Source: a plasmid
Sequence record: NZ_KX832927.1
Length of the DNA: 64,000 nucleotides
Strand: one strand, 5' to 3'
Shown here: piece by piece, positions 47,665-57,251 of the stretch
How the letters are laid out: each line of letters starts with the position of its first letter
Position numbering within the stretch: position 1 is the stretch's first letter
Notes under the pieces: model-generated
The model's database searches: none
What the model was told of the DNA's origin: nothing
The model's input: only the letters and a program-made list of their open reading frames with translations
Made by a program: the position numbers and the translations under genes

Positions 47665-50282
47665 TCTTCCACCTCCAGGGCGGGAATCCGCGCCACGGAT
47701 TCAGTAGGCAAGGTGATTGGGGCTATCTTCTTCACGGCGTCAAACCCGGATTTCAGCAGCCGATCGTCTTTCAGGAATTCCTGCGCCTCAATGTAATTGG
47801 ACGCGATCCGGTAGCCCTCAAGCCGATCTTCGGGGGCGGCGATTTTGGCCATCTTGCGCATGAGCGCGTTACCCGCAATCAACTGGGTTTGTTCGTCCAT
47901 TTCAAGGAAAACGGGCTTGTACCCGGAACGGGCCATCATGCGGCTCAAGGCGTTGGTACGCTTGGCTATCGCGGGCGTCTTGCGCAGATCATCATGCAGA
48001 TCGGGGTGGAACTCAGCGTCCTCGCACAGCAGTGCCAGGTGCAGTAACTCCGAGTCAGTTTCGACGAACTTCATACTATATTTGAGGTCTTCATCAGAGC
48101 CGACCGCGATCAGCTTTTGCCCGTCGTCGTCCTCTTCACGCCCATTCTCGATCTGGATCACCCGATTGATCAGGTTGAAAATTGCGATGCAATCCTTGGC
48201 GTACTCATCCGCCTCCACCCTCTGCTTCTCGTAGCGCCGTTCTATCGCCTGAAGTTCGTTGTGCTTGAGAAACACTGCACCGGTTTCCTCAGCGATGAAC
48301 AGCTCATCCTTTAGTGCTTCTAGCTGACCCTCTAGGTGAACAGACAGCTCGGCCGCCTGGTGCGCCTTGTAGCTCACCTGGTTGAACGCAGAATTGAGAG
48401 CCGGAAGATAGGTGGCATCGGTAATGTGCCAGCGACAGCGGGGACAGTTTTCCGGCCCGAGGGGGACCGGGCCATAAACTCTTGAATGTGCGCTTTCTGA
48501 ACCCCTAACTATCGGGCCACCGTTCCAGCACCCGCCTACGGTGGACAGCTCATCTGAGCGCACGGTGTTGCCCCCAACCAGGCACAAGCCCGTGGCTCGT
48601 TCCTCCCAGCCGATGGGATTCCGGTTGGCAAGCACGCTCTCGACGGAATTGTGCTGGTCGTTGTGAAAGGCAGCCCGGAGCGGGATCTGTCTCATTTCCG
48701 CGTCCACCAGGAAGTTTCGGAGCGAGCCTTCACCTCGTTCGGACAGAACTGCGTGTGCCTCCTTCATTTTGTCGGCCATCACGGAGGGCGTGATCTTGTT
48801 GTAATAGATCGTCATCAGAAGCCGTGTGTGGCCGGCCAGAAGCTTCGCGATCACCGGCAAGGGGAGGTCGGTGTCCATGGTGTAGCAGGTGATCAAGGAG
48901 ACCCGAAGGCTGTGAAGCGGGTAGTCCGTTGCCACCTTAGCGGCTTCCGTACCTTCAAAGTCCTCGCCGTAGTCTTTCACAAACCGAAGGCGATCCCCGT
49001 TGGCCATCGTTTGGCCCGACTGGAAGACATCCTCTTCCAGTTTGGACAACAGGCGATACCACGAACTAGCCAATGAGGTGTAGGTAATTGGAAAAGCAGA
49101 ATTACGCTCCCTGAATAAAAAGGCAAACTCGCCCATTTGTTTCAATTGTTGCTTGGATTTAGCGACGCCAATATGGCTACGCTTAAGCTCTGTGCCACTG
49201 ACCAGTCGGTTAATCGGGTTGTATTTTTCCTGCCAACTGCGGAGCTTTTCCAGCCAATACAGCAGCTCTTCGTGCTGCCAAGGGATGGTGTATCCCCGCT
49301 GAAGTTCATCCTTGTTTTGATCGGCGGTTTTGTTGGTGGACACGTAGAGGCCGGTCGAGTACCCCTCGGTCATGGAGTCATATATGCGGCGGAAGACGCC
49401 TTTCTCATAAGGTCGCTTGGGCGTTCCATACTTGAAGGGGTGCTTGGTGTTTTCCACCCATTGCCCACCTTCATAGCGCCAGGTATCGGCTTCGCCGGAG
49501 TCCAGAAACCTCACCTGAAAAGAGCGCAGGGGTAGGTGCAGCTTGGTAAACAGGAACATCGCCATGACCGGCGACCAGATTTCGTGGACCTCAACTCTTT
49601 CTCCCTTCCTGGGCACAATCCGAGTCCGGAAAACGCAATCCGGATCATCAGGGTCGATGACCTCGGGCGGCACTTCCACCCATGCCCCATTGCCAGACTG
49701 AAGGTGATCGATGGCCCATTGCCAGTCCCGGAAATGGTGGCCTACCCACGGCGTTTTATTGCCGGGGTCGTCGGTTGGATAGGGGCAGAGGATGTGCCTC
49801 AGTTGCTGGATGTAGCGATAGGGCAAGGGGCTGTGGACGGTTTCGGTGTTTGATGTGTTATTCGTGATTTTCTCGAACGGATTCGGGAATAGGGGCCGCC
49901 CAACGCCGTTATCGTCCTCGGCGCTCAAATGGTGCTTGAGGATGTAATTGCATAAATCGACCGTGGACGAAATGTGTTTAGAGTTTTTAGTAATCGATCC
50001 ACTGCTAACCAGAAAGGCCTCAAACTCTTCCGTGGACACCTTGTGACCACCCGGATGGCCCTTGAACATCGTGGCCACGTCAACGGCGTACGGGGCTTTA
50101 GCGTTCAGATAGTTAAAGAAGTGTCTTAAGCATTTTAATCGCAGATCAATGCCTACGTTTTGCTCCGCAAGCCATTCGGCGGCGTACTGCTGCCATTGCA
50201 GCCAGTTGTGCCCCAGTTCCTTAGTCACCCACCCCAGCGTCAGATCCGTGGTGTAGCCTTTACTCGTCCTTCTTTTTGTCAT
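47661..50282 (-). CDS. large tyrosine-recombinase-like protein (873 aa) with extended middle and C-terminal regions
   Basis: Integrase-like N-terminal core-binding region. Catalytic-type R...HxxR...Y pattern (LRVSLI...AGHTRLLMTIYY). CxxC pair (CPRCRWH). Confidence 0.55.
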   Translation of the reverse strand: MTKRRTSKGYTTDLTLGWVTKELGHNWLQWQQYAAEWLAEQNVGIDLRLKCLRHFFNYLNAKAPYAVDVATMFKGHPGGHKVSTEEFEAFLVSSGSITKNSKHISSTVDLCNYILKHHLSAEDDNGVGRPLFPNPFEKITNNTSNTETVHSPLPYRYIQQLRHILCPYPTDDPGNKTPWVGHHFRDWQWAIDHLQSGNGAWVEVPPEVIDPDDPDCVFRTRIVPRKGERVEVHEIWSPVMAMFLFTKLHLPLRSFQVRFLDSGEADTWRYEGGQWVENTKHPFKYGTPKRPYEKGVFRRIYDSMTEGYSTGLYVSTNKTADQNKDELQRGYTIPWQHEELLYWLEKLRSWQEKYNPINRLVSGTELKRSHIGVAKSKQQLKQMGEFAFLFRERNSAFPITYTSLASSWYRLLSKLEEDVFQSGQTMANGDRLRFVKDYGEDFEGTEAAKVATDYPLHSLRVSLITCYTMDTDLPLPVIAKLLAGHTRLLMTIYYNKITPSVMADKMKEAHAVLSERGEGSLRNFLVDAEMRQIPLRAAFHNDQHNSVESVLANRNPIGWEERATGLCLVGGNTVRSDELSTVGGCWNGGPIVRGSESAHSRVYGPVPLGPENCPRCRWHITDATYLPALNSAFNQVSYKAHQAAELSVHLEGQLEALKDELFIAEETGAVFLKHNELQAIERRYEKQRVEADEYAKDCIAIFNLINRVIQIENGREEDDDGQKLIAVGSDEDLKYSMKFVETDSELLHLALLCEDAEFHPDLHDDLRKTPAIAKRTNALSRMMARSGYKPVFLEMDEQTQLIAGNALMRKMAKIAAPEDRLEGYRIASNYIEAQEFLKDDRLLKSGFDAVKKIAPITLPTESVARIPALEVEE

Positions 50283-51751
50283 GATTTACCTTTGCCCAAT
50301 CGTGGATTCTTGCCCGTAAAGTGGCCGTTTGGATCAATGTCTTCAAAACCGTGTTCTGCAAGCGTCTTCCAATCGAAAGATGCGGGGGGCTTTTCCTTAT
50401 CCGATCCCAACTGAAGTTGTTGTGTTGCCTGGGACAGCGCTTCCGAGACTTTCGCGCTGGAGGGCATGGTGTAAGGAACCTGAGACTCCAGGCTTGCGTG
50501 ATGCAGGCACTTTTTGCGAATAAGCGGATCGACTCCGGCATCCGTCAATCGACGGCCATAGTTGTGGCGATGGCCGTGTGGATCTAACCCTACGGTCTTG
50601 TCGGGTTCGAGACCAATTCGTCTTAACCCAGCCGCATAATTTTGGTTGAAGGAATTGTAGGTATAGGGATTGCCCAGATAGCGAGAGTCGAAGCTAACAA
50701 ACGCATAGGGATGATGGCACTCCACCGATGCACGGAAAACCAAATACTGTCGCCACAGCGACATGAATACTTGGGCAAACTCTTGCGGGAAGAAATGCGC
50801 CTCCAGGTAGCCATCCTTGTCATCTAGGGTTTTGGATTTCCAGCCGAGATGTGGGGTTTTTTGCATCTCCTGGCGCGGGATGCGTGCGTATTTTTCTTGA
50901 AGGTACGCCTTGCGGGTTTTTATCCCTTTTCGGGACTTCCAGCCTTCAGGTGCCTTACCTTCTATCTCGTTGTAGATCCTCACGATTGCCCGATCTGGAT
51001 CGGAGGGGTCTTCAAAGACATCGGTGACCCAGAGTAACAGTGCTTCGCTCACCCTCAATCCGGTCGCGTGCATCAGGAGCACGATAAGCTTGTCCCGCAG
51101 CGCAACTCGCGGGTCTTTGGCTCCTCCCAGGCCCTTCATATAGAAGTCTTCAAACTTTCCCGTAGGGAAGGCGATGGCATCGTCATTGGTTTTTGCCAGA
51201 GGTGTTCTGCCCTTGATGCTGCGGGCTCTTTTTACCGTGGTACTAACCGAGGTGTCTTTAATGTGCCCGAGGAAATCATTCTGGTTACGCCTAAACCAAG
51301 CGGCGTACTGAATGCGTTCCTCATGTCGAGTGGCTGTGCGCAAGGTATTGAGAGGCTTGCCCAGACCTTTGTCCGAGAGCCAATTGGTGAAATTCGTCAG
51401 ATTGCTGATGTGTCGATGTATCGTGCCATTACTGGCCGGTATCCAATACAGGCCAGAGGGGTCCAATCCATCTTCACCGATGGTCCCGCTGTAGAGCCGT
51501 CGGACGAAGCCCGCGAACAACGCTTCGGGTTCATCGAACATGCCTTCGTTGGCATCCATGAACTCGATGAGGAGTCTAATCGACTGAATATGGTTGGTGA
51601 TTGTTGAAAATGAGATGCCATTTAGGTGAAGGCTAAGCACATAATCTGTGACCGACCCCAAAACCCCTTGGTCGGTCAGAATGACCGGGATCTCTGTGGT
51701 TACTCCACTGTTATCCTGAACTACCTTGGCTGTAACCTTCGTTGCAAACAT
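50279..51751 (-). CDS. tyrosine-recombinase-like protein (490 aa)
   Basis: Box I GLRVSEALLLW. Box II HGHRHNYGRRL. C-terminal LHHASLESQVPY. 4-bp overlap with the downstream 873 aa gene. Confidence 0.6.
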   Translation of the reverse strand: MFATKVTAKVVQDNSGVTTEIPVILTDQGVLGSVTDYVLSLHLNGISFSTITNHIQSIRLLIEFMDANEGMFDEPEALFAGFVRRLYSGTIGEDGLDPSGLYWIPASNGTIHRHISNLTNFTNWLSDKGLGKPLNTLRTATRHEERIQYAAWFRRNQNDFLGHIKDTSVSTTVKRARSIKGRTPLAKTNDDAIAFPTGKFEDFYMKGLGGAKDPRVALRDKLIVLLMHATGLRVSEALLLWVTDVFEDPSDPDRAIVRIYNEIEGKAPEGWKSRKGIKTRKAYLQEKYARIPRQEMQKTPHLGWKSKTLDDKDGYLEAHFFPQEFAQVFMSLWRQYLVFRASVECHHPYAFVSFDSRYLGNPYTYNSFNQNYAAGLRRIGLEPDKTVGLDPHGHRHNYGRRLTDAGVDPLIRKKCLHHASLESQVPYTMPSSAKVSEALSQATQQLQLGSDKEKPPASFDWKTLAEHGFEDIDPNGHFTGKNPRLGKGKS

Positions 51752-51811
51752 CCTTGAATCCTACACAAATTACACATTATTTACTATATATATAGTGCAG
51801 TCTTCAGGAAA

Positions 51812-51850
51812 AAGAAACCCCCAATTAAGGGGGTTTTTATCAAATTTACA
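51812..51850 (-). terminator. rho-independent terminator downstream of traN
   Basis: On the minus strand: AAACCCCCTTAATTGGGGGTTT hairpin followed by CTTTTTCC. Confidence 0.6.
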
Positions 51851-51888
51851 CAGTTCTATGTACTATAGAGAACGAAAGGCCCCTTTTT

Positions 51889-54699
51889 TTATCCACCACC
51901 ACCAGTTGGCGCGCCTGTTTGAGGGTCTATGCTGTTTGTCGCCTCTTTTCGCTTCGCGTCAATATCAATCCCTTCCAACCGCTCCAACGCCCTTTCCTGA
52001 GCATTCTTCCGCGTCCCGTCAATATTGAAGTCATTCCCTGCTCCAGTCAGCGAGTCGAGATTTATTGAGGCCGGATCAGGGAATTTACCGTTCTGCTGTA
52101 ATATCCCAAGCCACTCATCCAAATTAATTTTGCTCCAATCAATTTCGGCAATTTTATCTAGTGGAATCCCTTCACACTGAGGATTTTTGGGGTCTCCAAA
52201 GTTCTGCCCCAATTGAGGGCGAACCTGTTCTTGTATAATACGAGAGAGCGGAGAATTGAAGCAGCAATACGCTTCTCTTTTTTCAATACAAGCGCCCAAC
52301 ACCTTAGATTTACAATAAGAGCCTACATAGGTGCAATTCTTGAGCGCTCTTTTGGCGTTCATAGTGAACTCTTCTTCCTCGCACTTATAAATCATCTGGA
52401 TCATCACCATCGCAACGACATAGACGGTATATATCGTCATGGCAGTGCTAAGCCATGTTGTCGCAGTCTCCATCATTGCTTCGGCAGCTTGTTCAGATGC
52501 TGCGGCAGCCGCCTGCTCTGTTGCTGCATCTTGGCCTGCTGATTTCATGACATCCATCATCACTTCTTTGACTTGCTCTTTGAGCTGGTCAATGAGTTGA
52601 TCAACAAACTGCTCTACAGGCTGGAAGAACGAATCAACAGCACCTGAAACGTTCTCTATATAACTTGTGAACGGTTTTGTGACTTCTGTCCACCCTTGAA
52701 GGGCAGGTTCCCTAAGTACCTGATAAGCACCTTTAAGCGCATTACCATCAGTCAGCCCCATCACTGCGCCATCGAGCTTTGGAACGGCCATTATTAGGTT
52801 CAGATAATCGGCAAGAGATATATTGGTTGGCTTTTCACAGCAATCAGAAACTCCCCCAACAGCTATCTTGCATTCGCCAGCTTCCCCTGCAAAAGCAGAG
52901 CAAATAACGTTTTCATCCCCGGTAGGATTGTCATCCCCATCTTGGCCTGTGCAGCTCATATCCTGCGTCATGAATTGGGCTGCATTGAGCAACGCAGTAG
53001 CGCGAGCAAAATCAGTGCTTTGTGTTTTGGTCAAATCAAGGCAGTCATCTCCCATGCAGCGTATAGGCCCACCGCACTGGTACTCAGTTTCCTTTTCCAA
53101 GGTCGGAACAGAAACATCTGTACCACAGTCATAAGTATCCTCGTGGACGTAGCACGTACCAGAACTTCCCTGAGCACCATCAACACATTTGGAACTGATG
53201 AAGCCGCACTGAGGGTTTTCTTCATATTTCTGACAGCTATCGAGATTCCCGCCCGTGTTTACCGGACAGTGCGTTTCACCTTGAGGGTCTGTCCAGCAGT
53301 CCATTTGCCCCTTATAAAAGTCATAGTCAGCTTTAACTCGAACCTTTTTGCATAGTTTTGGAATACCAGGCAAAGGTGACGGCTTGAGTTGAGATTCGCA
53401 AACTTTGATCCCATTGATGACTGTGCAGCCCGTAGCATCAGTCGGGTCATCTATACATGTGATCTCGCCTTCCGCAAAACCATCTACAACCCCTTTGGCT
53501 GAATCCATGCAGCTCTGTGGAGCCCACTCATCCTTGGTAATGGCTTTTGATGGGTCATAGCGTAGCTTTATGCGGCCAAAACCCTCACCTGCGCCAGTTA
53601 CTGAAACGCGGATCTTAAACGTAACAACATCACCATCTTTCACATTCTTGAAATAGGGAGTGACATCAATATTAGGGTTTCGCTCCCAACTTGTTGACAA
53701 TTCACATCGGCCAGCCGTTTCTGGAGGGAAATTGCCGTCAGGGCCGGACCATACTTTAGTTTCCTGACCTGATTTACCAACCCAAACTTGCATGTAGTCA
53801 TCCCACTTGGCGTACTCAAGAGTTGCAGACACTATGGCGTCTGGATTACTGACTTGGACCCGCGTGTATTCCTCATAAATCGAACAGTTGCCACTCCAGT
53901 AGTCGTTACCAACTCGGCCAATCCACAACTCAGTACAGCCTTCTCCACAAGATTTGAGGTTATATGGACCATCATAGTGCTTCACCACAGAGGCATCGTA
54001 GTCATGGACAACCTCACAGTCCGCGCTTTGATCTACAACACGCTGACACCGTTCATACTCTGGAATGTGGGCGTTGATAGTATTCTGATTGATGGTTGTT
54101 TCGGCAGAACAATCCCCAAAGCCACCTGCGATGAGGTCCATATCCTCATAGGTCTTTTTGCTTAGATTTAGTACAGGGTCATTACTGAAATCAGGGCGTG
54201 ATCGATTAGAGGCATCGAGAAGAACCTTGTATGCCGCACCAGAGATTGATGGATTAGCACTATTGGCATCACTCCACAGCGACCCTTTTGCATTATTCCC
54301 CACGCTGTCCATGTCATCGCCAGAGTCGTAAATGCCTTGCAGACCGCCCACATCAGGTTTATTGGCATCAGGGAAGTAATAACTATCAGGTTTATTGTTG
54401 GTCCCGCTCGTTCCGGGGAATAGATCATTGACATTAATCTGACTCCCCCCGTTCATTTGGAATTGACCGTCTTTCAACGTCGGCATAGAGATTGTGCCAT
54501 CTTGCACAGTCCCCGAGCTCGACTTGAATGAGTTTGAGAGGTTTTGTCCGAAAGCCTGGGCCTCTTTACCCACCGCTGTGATGTCCTGGTCTTGGCTACC
54601 GTTAGCGTAGGAATGTATCGGCAGCGCAGACATGGTTACTGTCAACAGCGAGGCCACAGCTTTCATAAAGTAATTATGACTTCGCATTGTGTTCTCCAT
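51889..54699 (-). CDS. traN: TraN, outer-membrane mating-pair stabilisation protein (Cys-rich)
   Basis: 936 aa with signal peptide and numerous conserved cysteines. Position after traU. Confidence 0.8.
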   Translation of the reverse strand: MENTMRSHNYFMKAVASLLTVTMSALPIHSYANGSQDQDITAVGKEAQAFGQNLSNSFKSSSGTVQDGTISMPTLKDGQFQMNGGSQINVNDLFPGTSGTNNKPDSYYFPDANKPDVGGLQGIYDSGDDMDSVGNNAKGSLWSDANSANPSISGAAYKVLLDASNRSRPDFSNDPVLNLSKKTYEDMDLIAGGFGDCSAETTINQNTINAHIPEYERCQRVVDQSADCEVVHDYDASVVKHYDGPYNLKSCGEGCTELWIGRVGNDYWSGNCSIYEEYTRVQVSNPDAIVSATLEYAKWDDYMQVWVGKSGQETKVWSGPDGNFPPETAGRCELSTSWERNPNIDVTPYFKNVKDGDVVTFKIRVSVTGAGEGFGRIKLRYDPSKAITKDEWAPQSCMDSAKGVVDGFAEGEITCIDDPTDATGCTVINGIKVCESQLKPSPLPGIPKLCKKVRVKADYDFYKGQMDCWTDPQGETHCPVNTGGNLDSCQKYEENPQCGFISSKCVDGAQGSSGTCYVHEDTYDCGTDVSVPTLEKETEYQCGGPIRCMGDDCLDLTKTQSTDFARATALLNAAQFMTQDMSCTGQDGDDNPTGDENVICSAFAGEAGECKIAVGGVSDCCEKPTNISLADYLNLIMAVPKLDGAVMGLTDGNALKGAYQVLREPALQGWTEVTKPFTSYIENVSGAVDSFFQPVEQFVDQLIDQLKEQVKEVMMDVMKSAGQDAATEQAAAAASEQAAEAMMETATTWLSTAMTIYTVYVVAMVMIQMIYKCEEEEFTMNAKRALKNCTYVGSYCKSKVLGACIEKREAYCCFNSPLSRIIQEQVRPQLGQNFGDPKNPQCEGIPLDKIAEIDWSKINLDEWLGILQQNGKFPDPASINLDSLTGAGNDFNIDGTRKNAQERALERLEGIDIDAKRKEATNSIDPQTGAPTGGGG

Positions 54700-54802
54700 T
54701 TCAACCTTCCCATGCTATCTGAGAAGACAAGGGCCACCTGTACGTGTAGTGGCCCTTTTGGGGCATAATCTAAAATGCCCGTGCAAATTCGTTAGGGTCT
54801 GC

Positions 54803-55810
54803 TCAATTGTTACAGCAATCATTCCATCGCCAGATGGTGTAAATAGGGTCTTGCCCAATTGCCGGTATAGTTCGCGCCAGACCCCACGTAAGAGTGGATT
54901 CGCCAATTACGTGAGATGAGTTTGTCTCTGGAACCGGATGCAATAGCGTGAATTTGTACTGCGTTTTGGGTAGTGTTGGGCTAATAACACCTCTACACAT
55001 AGCCTCAGAACCCATTGTCTTCCACGCTAACCCCCGGCGATGCAAAGCAGCCAGAACCCTTGTGCTAAGAAGACTGCTATCGCGGATAACACCTTTTCCA
55101 CCATTCTGGTTGCCACTAAATGGATACAGGGTGCCCCATGAACCAGCACACCAGAAAAGCTGTTTTAAAGGTTTTCCAGCGGTTGATGAGACAGCATCAG
55201 CAGTACACGCAGCCGCCGCAATTGGGTTTGCTACTGCCGCCGCCTCTGGATTGGTAAAAAAAGCGAGCTCATCATTGTTCCAGGTCGGGTCGAGCTCCGA
55301 CATGTACATGATGTCGAGATCCATATACCCATCAGCATTACAGGTCTGCTTAATAAATAAATCGAGCATCACCAACAGAGGAAACGCATAGTAGTGATAG
55401 TGCATAAAAGAACCATCACCACCATCCATGTCTCCCATGCCATGATGCCCTTGGTTAGTCCTATCAAACGGGAACCTGACACCATTCAAGACAGATGAGC
55501 AGCCAGGCACTCTCTGAAATTCAACAAGCCGTGCTGGCTCCCACATAGAAGTGGTGACTCCAGGCCGAGGGACCCCTAGATTATCCTCGCACATACACAG
55601 AGGGTTGCTTACGGCTTCACTCGGGAATGATCCGCCTCCACCACTTATAGGAACCCCTGCTACTTTGATGGGAAAAATACAGCTCCAGCAGATGTCAGTA
55701 ATCAGTTTTCCGCCGATTACTTCCGCATTCTGGCACCCAGGGTCAGCCGATACCGAACGAACCCAAAAGACCGCGCTAACGGCAATGACCCGTAGAATTT
55801 TTTGCATCAT
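54803..55810 (-). CDS. traU: TraU conjugal transfer protein
   Basis: Signal peptide MMQKILRVIAVSAVF. TraU-family conserved Cys/Trp pattern. ATGA overlap with the upstream ORF. Confidence 0.85.
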   Translation of the reverse strand: MMQKILRVIAVSAVFWVRSVSADPGCQNAEVIGGKLITDICWSCIFPIKVAGVPISGGGGSFPSEAVSNPLCMCEDNLGVPRPGVTTSMWEPARLVEFQRVPGCSSVLNGVRFPFDRTNQGHHGMGDMDGGDGSFMHYHYYAFPLLVMLDLFIKQTCNADGYMDLDIMYMSELDPTWNNDELAFFTNPEAAAVANPIAAAACTADAVSSTAGKPLKQLFWCAGSWGTLYPFSGNQNGGKGVIRDSSLLSTRVLAALHRRGLAWKTMGSEAMCRGVISPTLPKTQYKFTLLHPVPETNSSHVIGESTLTWGLARTIPAIGQDPIYTIWRWNDCCNN

Positions 55811-56337
55811 GGTAAGGCCTTTACGTAATTCAAGTGTTTCTCCATGACAGCAGGCTTCCCGTGATAGAAACCTTGTTGCCATGACAGTCCAAGTAATTTG
55901 GCGCTCTCCCCCAATGGGAAGCTCTCCACCTGCTCAGCAATGAGCTGTATGCCTTTTCGGCGGCAGTGGAGGATGGCCGAGTAGTCTTCAAGCGACCGCA
56001 GTCTTCTCGCGTCAAACTTGCAATAGTGCCAGTCATAACGACTCAGGCGCTCCAGCGAAGAGTTTTTGTCTCCATAGTCATCCAGCGCCAGCTCAACCCC
56101 TATTTCGGTAAGAGCCTCCCATCTCAATGCGAGAGAGGCATCCTGAATGCCCTCGGTAATCTCGATGACAAGCCGTGATGAGTGATTCTTAGCAATGTCG
56201 CGGACAACCCTCCACCACGCTTTGAAAATGACGTCTGATTGCAAAGTATGTTCAGAGACATTCAGAAAAAGAGCTGGGTACAGATCCAAGCAATAATGAA
56301 GGTTGTCCTGAATGAACCGTGCCATCTCCATATCCAC
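55807..56337 (-). CDS. short EAL-domain (c-di-GMP phosphodiesterase-like) protein lacking the N-terminal part of the domain
   Basis: E(I)TE, DDYG, KxD and GLSWQQGFYHGKP motifs of EAL domains. Only about 57 aa precede the ExTE motif. GTG start. Confidence 0.5.
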   Translation of the reverse strand: MDMEMARFIQDNLHYCLDLYPALFLNVSEHTLQSDVIFKAWWRVVRDIAKNHSSRLVIEITEGIQDASLALRWEALTEIGVELALDDYGDKNSSLERLSRYDWHYCKFDARRLRSLEDYSAILHCRRKGIQLIAEQVESFPLGESAKLLGLSWQQGFYHGKPAVMEKHLNYVKALP

Positions 56338-56456
56338 CAGCCCCCAATAAGGAGGTGATGACAGAGAGGATGGTGTAAGAACCCGGCCTTCGTCGTACCA
56401 ACGAGCCAGTACCTCAGCAGCGACAAACGAACCTGTGCCGACGTCTTTAATTGGTT

Positions 56457-56465
56457 GGAAAGCCG
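56457..56465. repeat. IS1 target-site duplication, left copy (GGAAAGCCG)
   Basis: Identical 9-mer at 57234-57242 directly abutting the other IS1 end. Confidence 0.85.
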
Positions 56466-56480
56466 GGTAATGACTCCAAC

Positions 56481-56984
56481 TTATTGATAGTGTTTTATGT
56501 TCAGATAATGCCCGATGACTTTGTCATGCAGCTCCACCGATTTTGAGAACGACAGCGACTTCCGTCCCAGCCGTGCCAGGTGCTGCCTCAGATTCAGGTT
56601 ATGCCGCTCAATTCGCTGCGTATATCGCTTGCTGATTACGTGCAGCTTTCCCTTCAGGCGGGATTCATACAGCGGCCAGCCATCCGTCATCCATATCACC
56701 ACGTCAAAGGGTGACAGCAGGCTCATAAGACGCCCCAGCGTCGCCATAGTGCGTTCACCGAATACGTGCGCAACAACCGTCTTCCGGAGCCTGTCATACG
56801 CGTAAAACAGCCAGCGCTGGCGCGATTTAGCCCCGACGTATCCCCACTGTTCGTCCATTTCCGCGCAGACGATGACGTCACTGCCCGGCTGTATGCGCGA
56901 GGTTACCGACTGCGGCCTGAGTTTTTTAAATGGCGGAAAATCGTGTTGAGGCCAACGCCCATAATGCGGGCGGTTGCCCGGCAT
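56481..56984 (-). CDS. insB: IS1 InsB (transposase catalytic part, made as InsAB' by frameshift)
   Basis: Sequence matches canonical IS1 InsB ([26 protein letters not shown]...). Confidence 0.9.
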   Translation of the reverse strand: MPGNRPHYGRWPQHDFPPFKKLRPQSVTSRIQPGSDVIVCAEMDEQWGYVGAKSRQRWLFYAYDRLRKTVVAHVFGERTMATLGRLMSLLSPFDVVIWMTDGWPLYESRLKGKLHVISKRYTQRIERHNLNLRQHLARLGRKSLSFSKSVELHDKVIGHYLNIKHYQ

Positions 56985-57178
56985 CCAACGCCATTCATGG
57001 CCATATCAATGATTTTCTGGTGCGTACCGGGTTGAGAAGCGGTGTAAGTGAACTGCAGTTGCCATGTTTTACGGCAGTGAGAGCAGAGATAGCGCTGATG
57101 TCCGGCGGTGCTTTTGCCGTTACGCACCACCCCGTCAGTAGCTGAACAGGAGGGACAGCTGATAGAAACAGAAGCCAC
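56903..57178 (-). CDS. insA: IS1 InsA
   Basis: [43 protein letters not shown]... matches canonical InsA. Confidence 0.9.
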   Translation of the reverse strand: MASVSISCPSCSATDGVVRNGKSTAGHQRYLCSHCRKTWQLQFTYTASQPGTHQKIIDMAMNGVGCRATARIMGVGLNTIFRHLKNSGRSR

Positions 57179-57233
57179 TGGAGCACCTCAAAAACACCAT
57201 CATACACTAAATCAGTAAGTTGGCAGCATCACC

Positions 57234-57242
57234 GGAAAGCCG
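57234..57242. repeat. IS1 target-site duplication, right copy (GGAAAGCCG)
   Basis: See left copy. Confidence 0.85.
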
Positions 57243-57251
57243 GGGCAAAAA

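Larger units (their letters stand above)
56466..57233 (-). mobile_element. IS1 insertion sequence (768 bp) with terminal inverted repeats
   Basis: Ends GGTAATGACTCCAACTTATTGAT ... ATCAGTAAGTTGGCAGCATCACC. Encodes insA and insB. Flanked by a 9-bp TSD. Confidence 0.9.

Noticed and set aside
44396-51751. Considered calling the two-recombinase module a Tn6283-type strand-biased circularising element, or Tn554
   Set aside because: Gene number, sizes and order do not match what I recall for those families. Left as an unclassified integrative-element candidate.
54721-54770. Palindrome GGGCCACCTGTACGTGTAGTGGCCC between traU and traN as a terminator
   Set aside because: A weak T-run on the coding strand. 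More likely a stability hairpin within the traU-traN transcript.
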